From Octopus vulgaris (Eukaryota), in contig OX597839.1 of the NCBI GenBank assembly GCA_951406725.2, positions 16,244,001 to 16,308,000 of the forward strand: a stretch of 64,000 bases of DNA, in the 5' to 3' direction. Below are positions 50,371 to 62,729 of this stretch, piece by piece. The notes below the pieces were generated by a model. The model was not told the origin of the DNA and did not search any database. It worked only from the letters and a program-made list of their open reading frames with translations. Position 1 is the stretch's first letter. Every line of letters begins with the position of its first letter. The position numbers and the translations under genes were made by a program.

Positions 50371-53300
50371 AAAGTTTACGAAAAAATAAAAGACGAAGAC
50401 AGGTGGTGTACAAAACAAACAGATGTATTAGTATAACGCTCAGGAATAGAAAAAGTCTTTTACGTTTCGAGCCTCTGCTCTTCTACAGAAAGGGACACAG
50501 AAAAAACAAGGAGAGAAACAAGGAGTGAAAAAAAATGTGAAGTAGCTAACGATCTATCCTGGCGACATATATGATGATGACGACACACACATACATATAC
50601 ATATACGTATATATATATCATCATCATTTAGTGTCCCCTTTCCATGGGTTAGACAGTCTGACTGAAACTGGTAACCCTGGGAGCTGCACTAGGTTCCTGC
50701 CTGATTCAGCATGGTTTCTATGGCTGGAAGCCCTTCCTAATGCAAACCACTCCAAGAATGTAATGGGTGCTATTTACATGCCACTGACATGAATGCATTT
50801 ATGTGCAACTGGTATGGGTGCACCAACCACTCATCTACCCTAGCTTCTGCATGGCACCAGATAAGGAAGTGAGGGACCCTGTCAAAGGCTTTCTCCATGT
50901 CAACAAAAGCCAAGTACAAACGTTTATTTTTGGCTAAGTACTTCTCCTGCTGCTTCCTTCCCAGGAATATAATAGCATCAGTGGTGCTTCTCCCTAGCAG
51001 AAAACCAAACTGCATCTCATCTAGATAACGTCTCTTCTTAATTTGTTGGGCTAAGACCTGTTCCGTAACATTCATTACCTGATCCAACAATTTGATACCT
51101 CTGTAATTATTTCTCTCTAAGGCGTCACCTTTACCTTTATAGCAGTTGATTACAGAGTTGCCAAACCAGTCATTAGGTAGGATTCCCTCGTGTACAACTT
51201 GATTAACAAAATGGTTAACTAGACCATAACCCACACCACCAGATATTTTAAGTATCTCAGCAGTTATTCCTGATGGGTCAGGAGCTTTCCCAGTCTTCAT
51301 ATCCTATGGCTTTATCTACCATGCCCCTGTCAATTTCGATTGCTGGTCCCTCTGTTGGAAACCTCATTAGCTAGACCCCTCTTCTCCCATGAGTTCTCTA
51401 TATTTAGTAGCCTTTCATAGTGGCACTTCCGAGCCTCTTTCTTTGCAGATTCACTAACTGCAAGTGAACCATCATCCATGCAAATATCCTTCTTTCCAAC
51501 AATATCGCAATTTCTCCTGGCACACTGCTTTGCGAACTGAAACACTTCAAGAGAACATCAGCATCCTCATCACACAGTGTTCACCAAGAATATTTCATGG
51601 GATGTTTTTAGAGTCAACGTTTTCTGTATCTGCAAGGTGCCATGCAGTGGGACAGAACCCAGAACCATGTGCTTGGGAAGCAAACTTCTTACCACACAGC
51701 CACACCAGCGCCTATGTATCTTTTTGCCAAACTGCTAAGTTACAGGGACATAAACATACCAACACCAGTTGTCAAGTGGTGATTGGGGGACAAACACAGA
51801 CACAAAGAAACACGTACATAGATACATGCATATACATATATACGACAGGCTTCTTTCAGTTTCCATCTACCAAATCCACTCACAAGACTTTGGTCAACTC
51901 GAGGCTATAGTAGAAGACACTTGCCTAAGGTGCCATGCAGTGGGACTGAACCCAGAACCAAGTGGTTGCAAAGCAAGCTTCTTACCACACAGCCACATCT
52001 GCACTTATGTATACTCTTTCACTAGTTTCAGTCATTTGACTGCTGCCATGCTGGAGCACCACGTTTAGTTGAAGAAATCGACTGCAGGACTTAATCTTTG
52101 TAAGCCTAGCCCTTATTCTATCAGTCTCTTTCTCCAAACTGCTAACTTCTGGGGACGTAAACACACCAACATCAGTTGTCAAGCAATAGCAGGGGGACAA
52201 ACACAGACACATACACAAATATATATATATATATATACAAAGGGCTTCTTTTAGTTTCTGTCTACCAAATCCACTCACAAAGCTTTGGTCAGCAAGAGGC
52301 TACAGTAGAAGACACCTGCAAAGTACCATGCTGTGGGACTGAACCCGGAACCATGTTGTCAGGAAGCATGCTTCTTACCACACAGCCTTCATTACATAAT
52401 TTGCTATAACTAATTTTTAAATTATTATTGTTTATTTCTATCTCTTTCTAGCATATTTTATTCATCTTTTGATACATTCAGGACATGGCCTTTTACAAGA
52501 GTTTATGCGGGGTTATGAAAGGGGACATTAAATATGTTGAGCAATTTATTGCAGAAAATCAACAAACAGTAAGTTGTCTTTTCACATTTTGACTTGTATG
52601 TCTTTTTATATGAATCAATGTCAAACCAGTGTGATGTTTCATATTGTCCTCCACCTTCAGTTATATCCTCCCGTCAGATCATCATCAGCGACAGCATCAT
52701 CATCACCCCTACTTCCTACACAACCGCTGGGCCTGGATGCGCATTCATCCATCCTTCGATGCTCTCGGTGTCGGGGGTTGACCTGCTTTCTCTTTTGCAG
52801 GTCTTACGAATAGCAAAGGACCACATTTCAGACTTCTCCCACTGTGAGGCACGATCTTGTGAGCTCTGGGACGAAGACCACTTCGCTCAATAAACAAACA
52901 AACAAATAAGCATCATCATCATCATCATCACCATATGTGTGTGTGTGTGTGTGTGATATTATGCCCGGCGTCGAGCACTGGGCCTCACGGAGGCAATGAT
53001 TGAGTCCATTTGGCATTATGTGATGCTCGAGAAGAAGACCCATCAAGCCAAGTAAAAGTGCAGTCATCGCTGATACCAGTGTTGCACAAATGGTACCTGT
53101 GCTGGTGGCACGTAAAAGCACCCATTACACTCTTGGGGTGGTTGGCATTAGGAAGGGCATCCAGCTGTAGAAAACCAAGGCAAATAAGACTGGAGTCTGG
53201 TGCAACCTTCCAATTTGCCAGTCCTGGTCAAACCATCCAACCTATGCCAGCATGGACAACAGACATTAAATGATGCTGACGATGACATATATCACATGAC

Positions 53301-56300
53301 CAACCAGGCTATCAGATGTTACACATTACTGGTCACAATGCGTTTTGCATTGTTTTAGCCTTCAAACGATGCCACCCCGCTGGCTAAGTGAGCAGGCTAA
53401 CATTCCTCCTTACTCGAAAGGGGGATTGGAGTAATGTGAAATGAAGCGTCTTGCTCAAGAACACTATACACCATCCAATCAGGGAATCAATCCCCACAAT
53501 CTAGCAATTGTGAGTACAACAGTTTAACCCCAAGGTCATGCACCTTCACAGACACACACACACACACACAGACAGGGTGTTTGGGCTAAATTTGACAGTT
53601 TGCATTAAAGGATAGATCCCCATCCAGCAATTACAGTATTTTAAAAATCAGAAAGTGTCAACTACATTATGGCCAGGAGCTGCCCTCAGCTTACACCATG
53701 GCCACTTCTCACTGTGCCCCTGGGAAGGTCTTCAAACTTCCTGATCTTGGCCACCAGCTTAGCTGTAGTGGTGCAGACAGAGGGGTTGGTGGCTTTGTCA
53801 ACTGTGCCCCTCACATAGTAATCCATGGGATTATAACTGGAGGAATTAACAGGTTAGAAGTAGGGGCTGGTGAAGTCAAAGAAATTCTCTGACAAACACT
53901 TCTGACTCTTTCCATAGGTATGACAAGGAGTTGAATCCGACTGTCACACACATGGCCTTCCAGCAGCATTCTTCTCCAGCCAGGGTTTGACCACAGTCTT
54001 TCAGTAGCTTCACATAGCCACCTGAATTGAGCCTAAGGCCCTGTTCATCAGTTGTTGGATGAATTCCCATGTGCAGACACAGTTAGAACTCCTACTGTGT
54101 TCCTTACTCCTGGCCATGGCTTCATAGTCTTTGCTGCAGCTGCCCATGTCACATCTCACAGCCTTTTACAGTATTCACAGAGCACTGAACAGCAATCATG
54201 ATGTCAGCGTTTTGCTACACTGCATGAATTATCATGATACAGGAAACTCTTCTCCAATATTCACATGCCTGCCAGTCCTCTACATCAGCTAAGGTTTCCA
54301 CAACTACAACTTCCATCTTTATGCTTTAATCTTAACGCCATTGACAGTTCACCTGAAATCATGTAGTAGCTGAAAAAACGGGAGATAAACAAACTGTTAA
54401 TGTACATTTTCTGTGTGCTTGACAATCATTCCTCAATTGACTATCATGTATGAACTGTAGCAAGTAGCCATTCTTAAATAAGGCGCCAATCTGTGGTAGC
54501 TGGCAATATGATGTAATGTCGTATTGCCTAAGAAATATTATTGTCGTTTTTCCATTGGTTAATATAATTGCTCATATAAGAATTCTAAGAGTTATTTAAA
54601 GAATCAAAATTACATACAAATATTCTTTAAATAACTCTTAGAATTCTTATATGAGCAATTATATTAACCAATGGAAAAACGACAATAATATTTCTTCGGC
54701 AATACCGATTTTCCTAAAGAACATTCATCTTGTCTAAACTGGATGTGTGTGTGTGTGTGTGCTTATGTATATGTAAATAAATACACACACACATAAAAGT
54801 ATGACTGTTTTAGCTTCCCTTAGATTTCTCTCCCTCTACTTCTCTATCTCACTCTTCCCCTTACATTTATATAACTTTGGTAAGCTATATATAGCTATGG
54901 TAAGACCTCACCTGGAATTTGCATCACCGGTCTGGAACCCCTATCTTGCCCAGGATATCAATCGTCTGGAAGCCGTTCAGCGACGTGCAACCAAAAGAAT
55001 ACCCTCCATCAGGCATTTGCCATATTCTGAACGCCTTACTTCCCTGGGCATGGACACATTGAAACTCCGACGTCTGGCAGCTGACTTGGCAGACACCCAT
55101 AAAATTATCAACCATCTTACAAACAATAACTCTGAGCACCTTTTCAAACTCCACCCGTCTAGCACCCGTGGACATATTTACAAAGTCAGAAAACAGCACA
55201 ACTCCCATGACTTTAGGAAACATTTTTTCACACTGAGAGTTGCTGAACATGGAACAAACTGCCGGCATCAGTTGTTAGTTGTCGGAACCCTGCATCCTTC
55301 AAAATTTCCATGCTTTCTGAGATTCGCCAACACTACACGTGATTTTCTCCCCTCCATACACACACAAGCATGTATCTGACTCATACATTGTTCACTTTCC
55401 AAACATTTGTACATTACTGCATATACTTTATACGCACTTTCTGACAAGTTGTGGTGCACTGTATACAATAATTTCATTATTATTATTATTATTATTATTT
55501 CTTCTCTCTCTCTCTCTCTCTCTCTCTCCTACCACTTGTTTCCTCTTGTTATTCTAATTCTCTCACCTGCTCTTCTCTGTCTGCACCTGCTTCCTTCAAA
55601 GACTCTCCCTCCCATTTCACTTCTACTCACACTTTTCCTCTCCTCTTCACACCATTTTAATGTCTCTTTTTCAGATCAATGAAGAAGACCCCGGAGGTAG
55701 AACAGCTTTACATAGGGCTGTCAGTGTTGGAAATGTTGACATGGTAGAACTGTTGCTGCAAGGTGGAGCTGATATCAATTTGGTGGATAAAATGTGTAGA
55801 GGAACACCTCTACATGTGGCTTGTGGACGTGGACAAATTGAAATGGTGGAGATGTTGTTGAGGTCAGCACCTGATGTCAATGTGGGGGATAAGTATAGTA
55901 ACACACCACTTCATGTAGCTTCTGAAGGTGAAAAAATTGACATAGTGGAGTTGTTGTTGAAGTCCAAACATGATGCCAATGTAGCAAATATTTATGGTGA
56001 CACACCTCTACATGTGGCCTGCCGTGGCAGGCACAGTAGTGCAGTAAAAATGTTCCTGCAATCTAAACCTGATGTGAATGCGGTGAACAAAGAGGGTAAC
56101 ACACCCCTGCACTTGGCCTGTTTAGGAGGACATCATGACATGGTAGAGATGGTGTTAGCATCTGAACCCGATGTTAGGATGAAGAACAACGATGGTAACA
56201 CACCCCTGCACTTGGCCTGTTTAGGAGGACATCACAACATGGTAGAGATGTTGTTAGCATCTAAACATAATGTCAGGATGACAAACAATGATGGTAACAC

Positions 56301-59300
56301 ACCTATGCACTTGGCCTGTTTAGGAGGACATCACAACATGGTAGAGATGTTGTTAGCATCTAAACATGATGTTAGGATGAAGAACAACGATGGTAACACA
56401 CCCCTGCACTTGGCCTGTTTAGGAGGACATCACAACATGGTAGAGATGTTGTTAGCATCTAAACATGATGTCAGGATGACAAACAATGATGGTAACACAC
56501 CTATGCACTTGGCCTGTGGTGGTGGATGCAGTGGTTTAGTTGCACTGTTGATGAAGTCTACCCCTGATGTCAATGCGCAGAATGTGTTTGGCTCCACACC
56601 TCTGCACATGGCCTGTGGTAGTGGAAACACTGCCATCGTGAAGTTGTTGACAACTTCCTCTAAGCCTGATGTCAATACGGAGGATGAAAATGGCAATACA
56701 CCGCTGCATGTGACTTGCTGTGGTGGGCACAGGGACATTCTGAAAGTATTAATGCAGCTTAAAGCTGATGTCAATGCGACGAATAAATATGGCGATACAG
56801 CCCTACATGTGGCTTGTCGAGGTGGACATAGTGACACAGTTAGAGAGTTAATACTTTCAGAACCTAATGTTAATCTAAGGAATAAGTACGGTCACACACC
56901 TCTACATGAGGTGTGTCATTGTGGACACAGTGATACTCTACAGGTGTTCCTACAATCCAGACCTAATATCAATGTAGCAGACAAGAAAGGCATTACACCT
57001 TTACATCTGGTCTGTCACCATGGAGATAATCTCATAGCAAAGCGGTTAATGGAGTTTAAACCTGATATCAATGTGCTGACCAGTAATGGTAACACACCTT
57101 TACACCTGGCCTGTAGGGGTGGTCGCATTGCTACAGTTGCGACGTTGATAAAGTTTACTTCTGATGTCAATGTGATGAATAACGATGGTAGCACACCTCT
57201 ACATCTGGCAGTTTTAGGGTAAGTCAACAATAATCTGGAATATTCACATCTGTTTCTTTTCTCTTTAATTTCATATTTTCAATAATGTTTGTTTTTGTTT
57301 TTGTAGAGTCATTAATGCTTTTGTTACCAAATTTCTGTTCAAATATACTGCCTTTGTTTCTGTTGTCAAGATAGACGTAGGATGAAGTAGGATGAGATAC
57401 TGGTAATTGAGTTGGGTTCTGGCTGTGTAGTAGGAACACTCCGTGATGACGAGGGTCCCAGCTGATATGATCAATGGAGCAGATTGCTCGTGAAATTAAC
57501 GTGCAAGTGGCTGAGCAATCCACAGACACGTGTACCCTTAATGCAGTTCTCAGGGAGATTCAGCGTGACACAATGTGACAAGGCTGACCCTTTGAAAACA
57601 GGTACTACTCACTGTTGCCAACTCAGTGGACTGGAGCAATGTGAAATAAAGTGTCTTGCTCAAGGACACAACGCACCACCAGGAATTGAACTCACGACCT
57701 TACGATCATGAGCCGAATGCCCCTAACCAGTAAGCCACGCGCCTGGCTGTATATAATGAATGCACAACACTCATGAACAATTAACAGAATTTTACTTCAC
57801 TGCAACCTTCATTTCAGTTAAGTTTGAAAACAATGAAGAATGTATCAAAATAACTTTGTGATTATTAAGCATCAGAGTTTGATGGAAGAATGTACTTTAG
57901 ATCATTTTAAACCATGAAGTTTGTATCATACAACCTGGAGCAGTGCTAGGTGACCCAATATCAAAAGGTTTTATTCTGTAACTCACTTTAGGTCATTATA
58001 TTGGGTTTTTCATTATGGAACTCGATAAATATACTTTATTAAGGAGTGAACATCTTCATAGTTTCTGCTGCCAAGACAGAACCTGACTAGTTCTGAGTTC
58101 AAATACCACCAAGGTTAACTTTGCTTTTACATTGCTCTTGTTTATGTTTGTTTTCATCAATTATTTATCTAATAATTAATTATCTCAATATCTGTAAAAA
58201 TGCAACTTTTAGTTTTAATGTTATCTTTCTGTTTAACTTTCAGGCAACACTATGACGTAGTGGCCTTGATGCTCACCCAGGTTAGTTAACACATACATTC
58301 TCTAGAGTTATGTGATTTTATAGATTTATTGATCTTATTCATTGCCCTTCAATATTATTATAAACAAAGTACCATCCACAGTGAAGGTACATGCCTCAGC
58401 AGTTAGAAAATCAGGCTCACAATCATGAGGTAGTGAGTTCGATTCCCAGACTGGGCTGTGTGTTGTGTTCTTGAGCAAGACACTTTATTTCATGTTGTTC
58501 CAGTTCGCTCAACTGTAGAAATGAGTTGCAACATCACAGGTGCCAAGCTGTATCGGCCCCTTTGCTTTTCTCTTGGACAACATTGGTGGTGTGTAGAGGG
58601 GGGACTGGTATGCATGGACTTCCAGAAACAACTTTGCCCAGATTCGAGCTTTGGAGGGGAACTTTCTAGATGCAATCTCATGGTCATTCATGACTGAAGG
58701 GGTTCTTTACCCTTTTTTTTTTACCATCAATATATTGGGAAGGAGCTTGACTTAATTCACTATATCAGCCCTTAAAGTTTCAATAAAGAAGTACAGTACA
58801 TTATGATGATGATGGTATCAGTGGCTGTGATGGTGGTGGCTTTGGCAAGGGCAGTGGTGTGACAGAAGCCACAGTCAAACTGACCACCAAACTGACAATA
58901 CCATTTTTAACCCTTTAGCATTTAAACCAGCCATATCCAGCCCAAATATTCAGCCAGTTTTGAGTTCAAGCTGACCCGATCAAGTTTCTCACACCAGATC
59001 AGGTCAGCCGCTCAACAATGTCATTCTAAAAATAAACAACCACATCATCCAAATTAATTCAAAACAGTGTGAACAGATAAGCATTATATTTGAGGGAGAA
59101 GTCTGAATGCTAAAAGGTTAAACTGGCCATATCTGATCCAAAGATTCTACCTGTTTTATGTTCATGCTGACCAACACTGGCTTCTTACACCTAACTCACA
59201 ATGTTGTTCCCAAAATAAACAGTCACATCATTGAAGTAGCAGGGAATCCGAGTCAAACTGTTTTGAATAATACATGTAACTCCCAATAGATATGTTGAGT

Positions 59301-59321
59301 GCCCTCTCTCTCATTTGTCCA

Positions 59322-59360
<39 letters not shown>

Positions 59361-59989
59361 TCTTTACTCTTTTACTCGTTTCAGTCATTTGACTGTGGCC
59401 ACGCTGGAGCACTGCTTTTAGTCGAGCAAATCGACCCTAGGACTTATTCTTTGCAAGCTTAGTACTTATTCTATCAGTCTCTTTTGCCAAACTGCTAAGT
59501 TTCCTAGGAAGAAACCATCCCTTCATGAATTTAACATAAACCTCTAATAAAACTTATATATCAAACTTATATTGATTGCCATAAAAAAAAAAAATCATAT
59601 GTAGAGGGTGTTCAGCAAGAAGTTGGGGAACTCTCATCCCTTGATTACGACAGGAGAGTCCACCACATATATTTATGTGTGGGTGTGTATTGAGGTTATC
59701 TGTTTAGTTTACTCTGTCAAATGCAATTTTTATATATTCAAATAGTTGTAGTTGTTTGTGCTTTATCTTGTAGTTTTAAGATTTCAATTATGTTTACTCA
59801 TTTACTTGTTTCAGTCATTTGACTGTGGCCATGCTAGAGCACCACCTTTAGTCGAGGAAATCGACCCCAGGACTTATTCTTTGTAAGCCTAGTACTTATT
59901 CTATCGGTCTCTTTTGCCGAACCGCTAAGTTACGGGAACGTAAACACACCAGCATCGGTTGTCAAGCGATGTTGGTGGGGACAAACACA

Positions 59990-60024
<35 letters not shown>

Positions 60025-60955
60025 ACGGTCTTCTTTCAGTTTCCATCTCCCAAATCCACTCACAAGGCTTTGGTCGGCCCGAGGCTATAGTAGAAGACAC
60101 TTGCCCAAGGTGCCACGCAGTGGGACTGAACCCGGAACCATGTGGTTCGTAAGCAAGTTACTTACCACACAGCCACTCCTACGCCTATGTTTGTTTATTT
60201 TTAGAATGGTGTCACAGGGTAGATGTGAGTGGCTGGATCTGGTTGTTTTGAACATGAAGCGGGTTGAATATTCGGGCCAGATGTGATTAGTTTAACCCTC
60301 TAGCATTCAAATTACTCGATCAAATATAATGATTATATATTCCCATCGTTTTGAATGAATCATGCATTATCTCATAGCGTTGGCATTTCGACAACATGCT
60401 TGTTTACTTATAGAATGTCATTGAAGGGTAAGTGTGAGAGGCCAGATCTGGCCAGTTTGAACATAAAACGGGAATATCTGGGCTGGATAAGGTCAGTTTG
60501 ACCTCTTAGCATTCAGGTTATTCAGTCAGATAATGCTTATTTATTCATGTTGTTTCAAATTAATCACTCATTATCTTGTAGCTTTGAGATTTTAACAATG
60601 TGATTTTTTTTTTGTATTCTTAAAATGACATTGTAGGGTAGGTGTGAGAAGCTGGATCTAGTTTTCTTGAATGTAAAACAGGTAGAATATTTAGGCCAGG
60701 TGTTACCCATTTAAATGCTAAAAGGCTAATTGTATATTGCAGTCTAATTAATACCCATTGTTTTATATTTCATCTTTTATAGTTTTGCTCCAAACTTGGC
60801 TTGAGTAAGGAAGACAAAGTTCCTGGGAGAGTAGTGGAACGCTTTCTAACAGATAAAAGAAATAAAGTTTATGAAAACTACAGCAATGTGACACCACTTG
60901 ACATCATAAAAGATCCAGATTTTAAGAAGAAAATAAATGGATTTTTCTCACCTGA
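49480..60955 (+). CDS. Gene B: paralog of gene A, long ankyrin-repeat protein, 3' end outside the window; join(49480-49482,52482-52568,55675-57218,58244-58280,60783-60955,...)
   Basis: GT-AG introns with phases 0,0,2,0,2; exon borders match gene A; the spliced frame is open. Confidence 0.82.
49631..50041 (+). mobile_element. Non-autonomous Helitron
   Basis: TC(TA)nAAGCTGAAGTTG...CCCGAGCAACGCCGGG hairpin...CTAG|T. Confidence 0.8.
50368..50565 (-). mobile_element. Penelope pLTR-like short element with a hammerhead-like motif (50457-50492)
   Basis: Minus strand CTTT-CTGTAGA-A-GAGC-agag-GCTC-GAA-ACGT-A-AAAG; abuts (TA)n. Confidence 0.6.
50820..51550 (-). mobile_element. Degraded RTE LINE RT fragment
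   Basis: ORF 50770-51300: MKTGKAPDPSG, QFGF, STTDA, FVDMEKAFDRV. Confidence 0.85.
51630..52390 (-). mobile_element. Tandem SINE family 1 copies (2-3)
   Basis: Repeated GGTGCCATGCAGTGGGAC...CTTACCACACAGCC blocks. Confidence 0.8.
52482..52568 (+). CDS. Gene B N-terminal cap exon (DMAFYKSLCGVMKGDIKYVEQFIAENQQT)
   Basis: ACATTCAG|GAC...ACA|GTAAGT, phase 0; GD...V..FI half-ankyrin pattern runs into INEED of the next exon. Confidence 0.75.
53572..54400 (-). mobile_element. Degraded Tc1/mariner-superfamily transposon
   Basis: Terminus CAGGGTGTTTGGGCTAAATTTGAC; minus-strand NSSSYNPMDYYV remnant of the SPDLNP.D..VW motif near 53810-53850. Confidence 0.55.
54521..54705. repeat. Hairpin with 84-bp arms and a 17-nt loop
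   Basis: 54521-54604 is the reverse complement of 54622-54705 with one mismatch. Confidence 0.92.
54875..55499 (+). mobile_element. CR1/L2-group LINE 3' end with (ATT)n tail
   Basis: LYIAMVRPHLEFASPVWNP...LEAVQRRATK...YSERL...LKLRR...RKHFFTLRV. Confidence 0.88.
55675..57218 (+). CDS. Gene B ankyrin-array exon (1544 nt, 16 TPLH-type repeats)
   Basis: ORF 55660-57222; TTTCAG|ATC acceptor and GG|GTAAGT donor match the gene A exon borders. Confidence 0.95.
56095..56517 (+). repeat. Coding minisatellite: about 4.3 near-identical 99-bp ankyrin units with a 198-bp higher-order period
   Basis: Units start at 56095, 56194, 56293, 56392 and 56491; KNND-TPLH and TNND-TPMH variants alternate. Confidence 0.93.
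57430..57745 (-). mobile_element. SINE family 2
   Basis: ACTCCGTGATGACGAGGGTCCC...CGTGAAATTAACG...TACCCTTAATGCAGTTCTC...CCCTAACCAGTAAGCC. Confidence 0.75.
58244..58280 (+). CDS. Gene B 37-nt exon (GQHYDVVALMLTQ)
   Basis: TTTCAG|G...CAG|GTTAGT; paralogous to 13305-13341. Confidence 0.85.
58380..58712 (+). mobile_element. tRNA-derived SINE (third body type; related to 26110-26350)
   Basis: GAGTTCGATTCCCAGAC B-box...CTTGAGCAAGACACTTTATTTC...GGTCATTCATGACTGAAGGGG. Confidence 0.65.
58907..60725. mobile_element. Mixed repeats: piggyBac-like MITE copies (58907-59240; 60190-60725 tandem) and SINE family 1 (59360-59500; 59795-60187, -)
   Basis: TTAACCCTTTAGC...GCTAAAAGGTTAA termini; SINE sequence matches other copies. 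Confidence 0.65.
60783..60955 (+). CDS. Gene B C-cap exon (FCSKLGLSKEDKVPGRVVERFLTD...VTPLDIIKDPDFKKKING...)
   Basis: TTTTATAG|TTT...CCTGA|GTAAGT, phase 0-2; paralog of 19473-19648. Confidence 0.85.
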
Positions 60956-62729
60956 GTAAGTGTTCAGCAGTGACGTAAGATGGTTGTTATTTTTGGGTGT
61001 GGTGTCATACTCACCATACTATGACTAACAATAGTATTACTCAAGGCATACAAACTATATTTCTATTCAAAATCTAAATAATGTAAAATTAATTCACTTG
61101 GGAGACAGGTATATGACACCAAAGTAAGCTTAATAATACCCTATAAATTAAAAGCATTCTAACATAAGCCATGATTTTCTTCAGAACACAGTGAAAAATC
61201 ATCATCATCATCATCGTTTAATGTCCGCTTTCCATGTTAACATGGGTTGGACGATTTGATTGAGGTCTGGCGAACGAGATGTCTACACCAGACTCCAATC
61301 TGATCTGGCAAAGTTTCTACAGCTGGATGCCCTTCCTAATGTCAACCACTCTGAGAATGTAGTGGGTGCTTTTACATGCCACCGGCACAAGGGCCAGTCA
61401 GGTGGTACTGGCAACAACCACACTCAAATGGTGCTTTTTACGTGCCACCTGAACAGGAGCCAGTCCAGCGGCACTGGCAACGATCACACTTGAATGTTGT
61501 TTTCCATGTGCCACCAGCACAAGTGCCAGTAAGGCGACGCAGGTAATGATCACGCTCGAATGGTGCTTTTTATGTGCCACACTTAAATTACTTGTAAGTT
61601 CTATTCTTCTTCTTTGAGACGTAAAATGTTCAAAAACCTCACAAAATTCACTGAGCAAATTTGGTAAATTTGACCTGACTTAAGTTTTGTTTCTGACTTC
61701 TAAAAATGTATTATTAGTTTTGGATCTTTTCGGTTTGAACGGTAAAATTTCCACTTTTTTCTAAAAATAAGAACCCACGTTTTCGAATATGGAGATTCCA
61801 GAAAATTGCCAAAAATCGGAATTTTGTAATCCCCCCATTTCTTCATCTTTTTTCACTTTTTTCCGTAACCCTAACTAGAAAAATTTTTTTTCAGAATCAT
61901 AATCTCCGTATTTTTCCGCATATTTTGAAAAAAAAAAAATTTCTGAAAAAAGTTAAAAGTGGCGCGGGGGGGGGGGGGTGTTGAAAATACCGATTTTTGC
62001 TAATTTTTTTGCAGATTCGTATTCTCCGTAGCCGAAAACGGGGGGTTTGTGTAGGAAAAAAAATTGAAGGGGTGTTTTTTTTGGGGGGGAGGGGGTACAA
62101 AGCCTTGCCCAAAAGTTTTACCTTATAATTTGTGATTAAACTTATGAGTAACGTTAATATTCATAATGAATTTGCCATTTTTGATGGGTTTGTAGCGCAT
62201 ACCCGAATGTACGCCCCTGGTACTCATTCGTAATGACATGTTTAACACGAATTCAAAATGTTCCAGGATATCGATCATTCTTAAACCTCTTTTATGTAAA
62301 CATGCTTTCAGGAATTTATAAAATCAGCAGAAATTAAATAAACAGCTGGAACTGAAATCTTCCCTTTTTCCCAAAGTAGGGAAGAACTAGAGTGGAAATT
62401 AGTCTGGTTAATGTCCCCTTAACAAGCATCCTGCCATCTGATTTGTATTCAAAGCTCTTCAAGATAATAAAGCCGGCGAAGATAAAGAATACGCACACAC
62501 GAGGGTTAGGGGTTTGCTACGACGAAAACAGGTGGGGTTAATGCTTACAACTTGACCACGGAGGATGCGTGTATTATTTACCCAAGGAGGGGAAATCTTT
62601 TAAGTCAAGAGGTCGCATTAAATAAAAAAATTTTAATGCATATTTCGTAGTGAATCACAATACTAAAGAAAAATGACTAATTTGAAAATATCTTTAAAAT
62701 AGTTAATTCTAAACGTAACTCACCTTTCA

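Noticed and set aside
55671-57230. Minus-strand ORFs overlapping the ankyrin exon
   Set aside because: Antisense shadows of repetitive coding sequence
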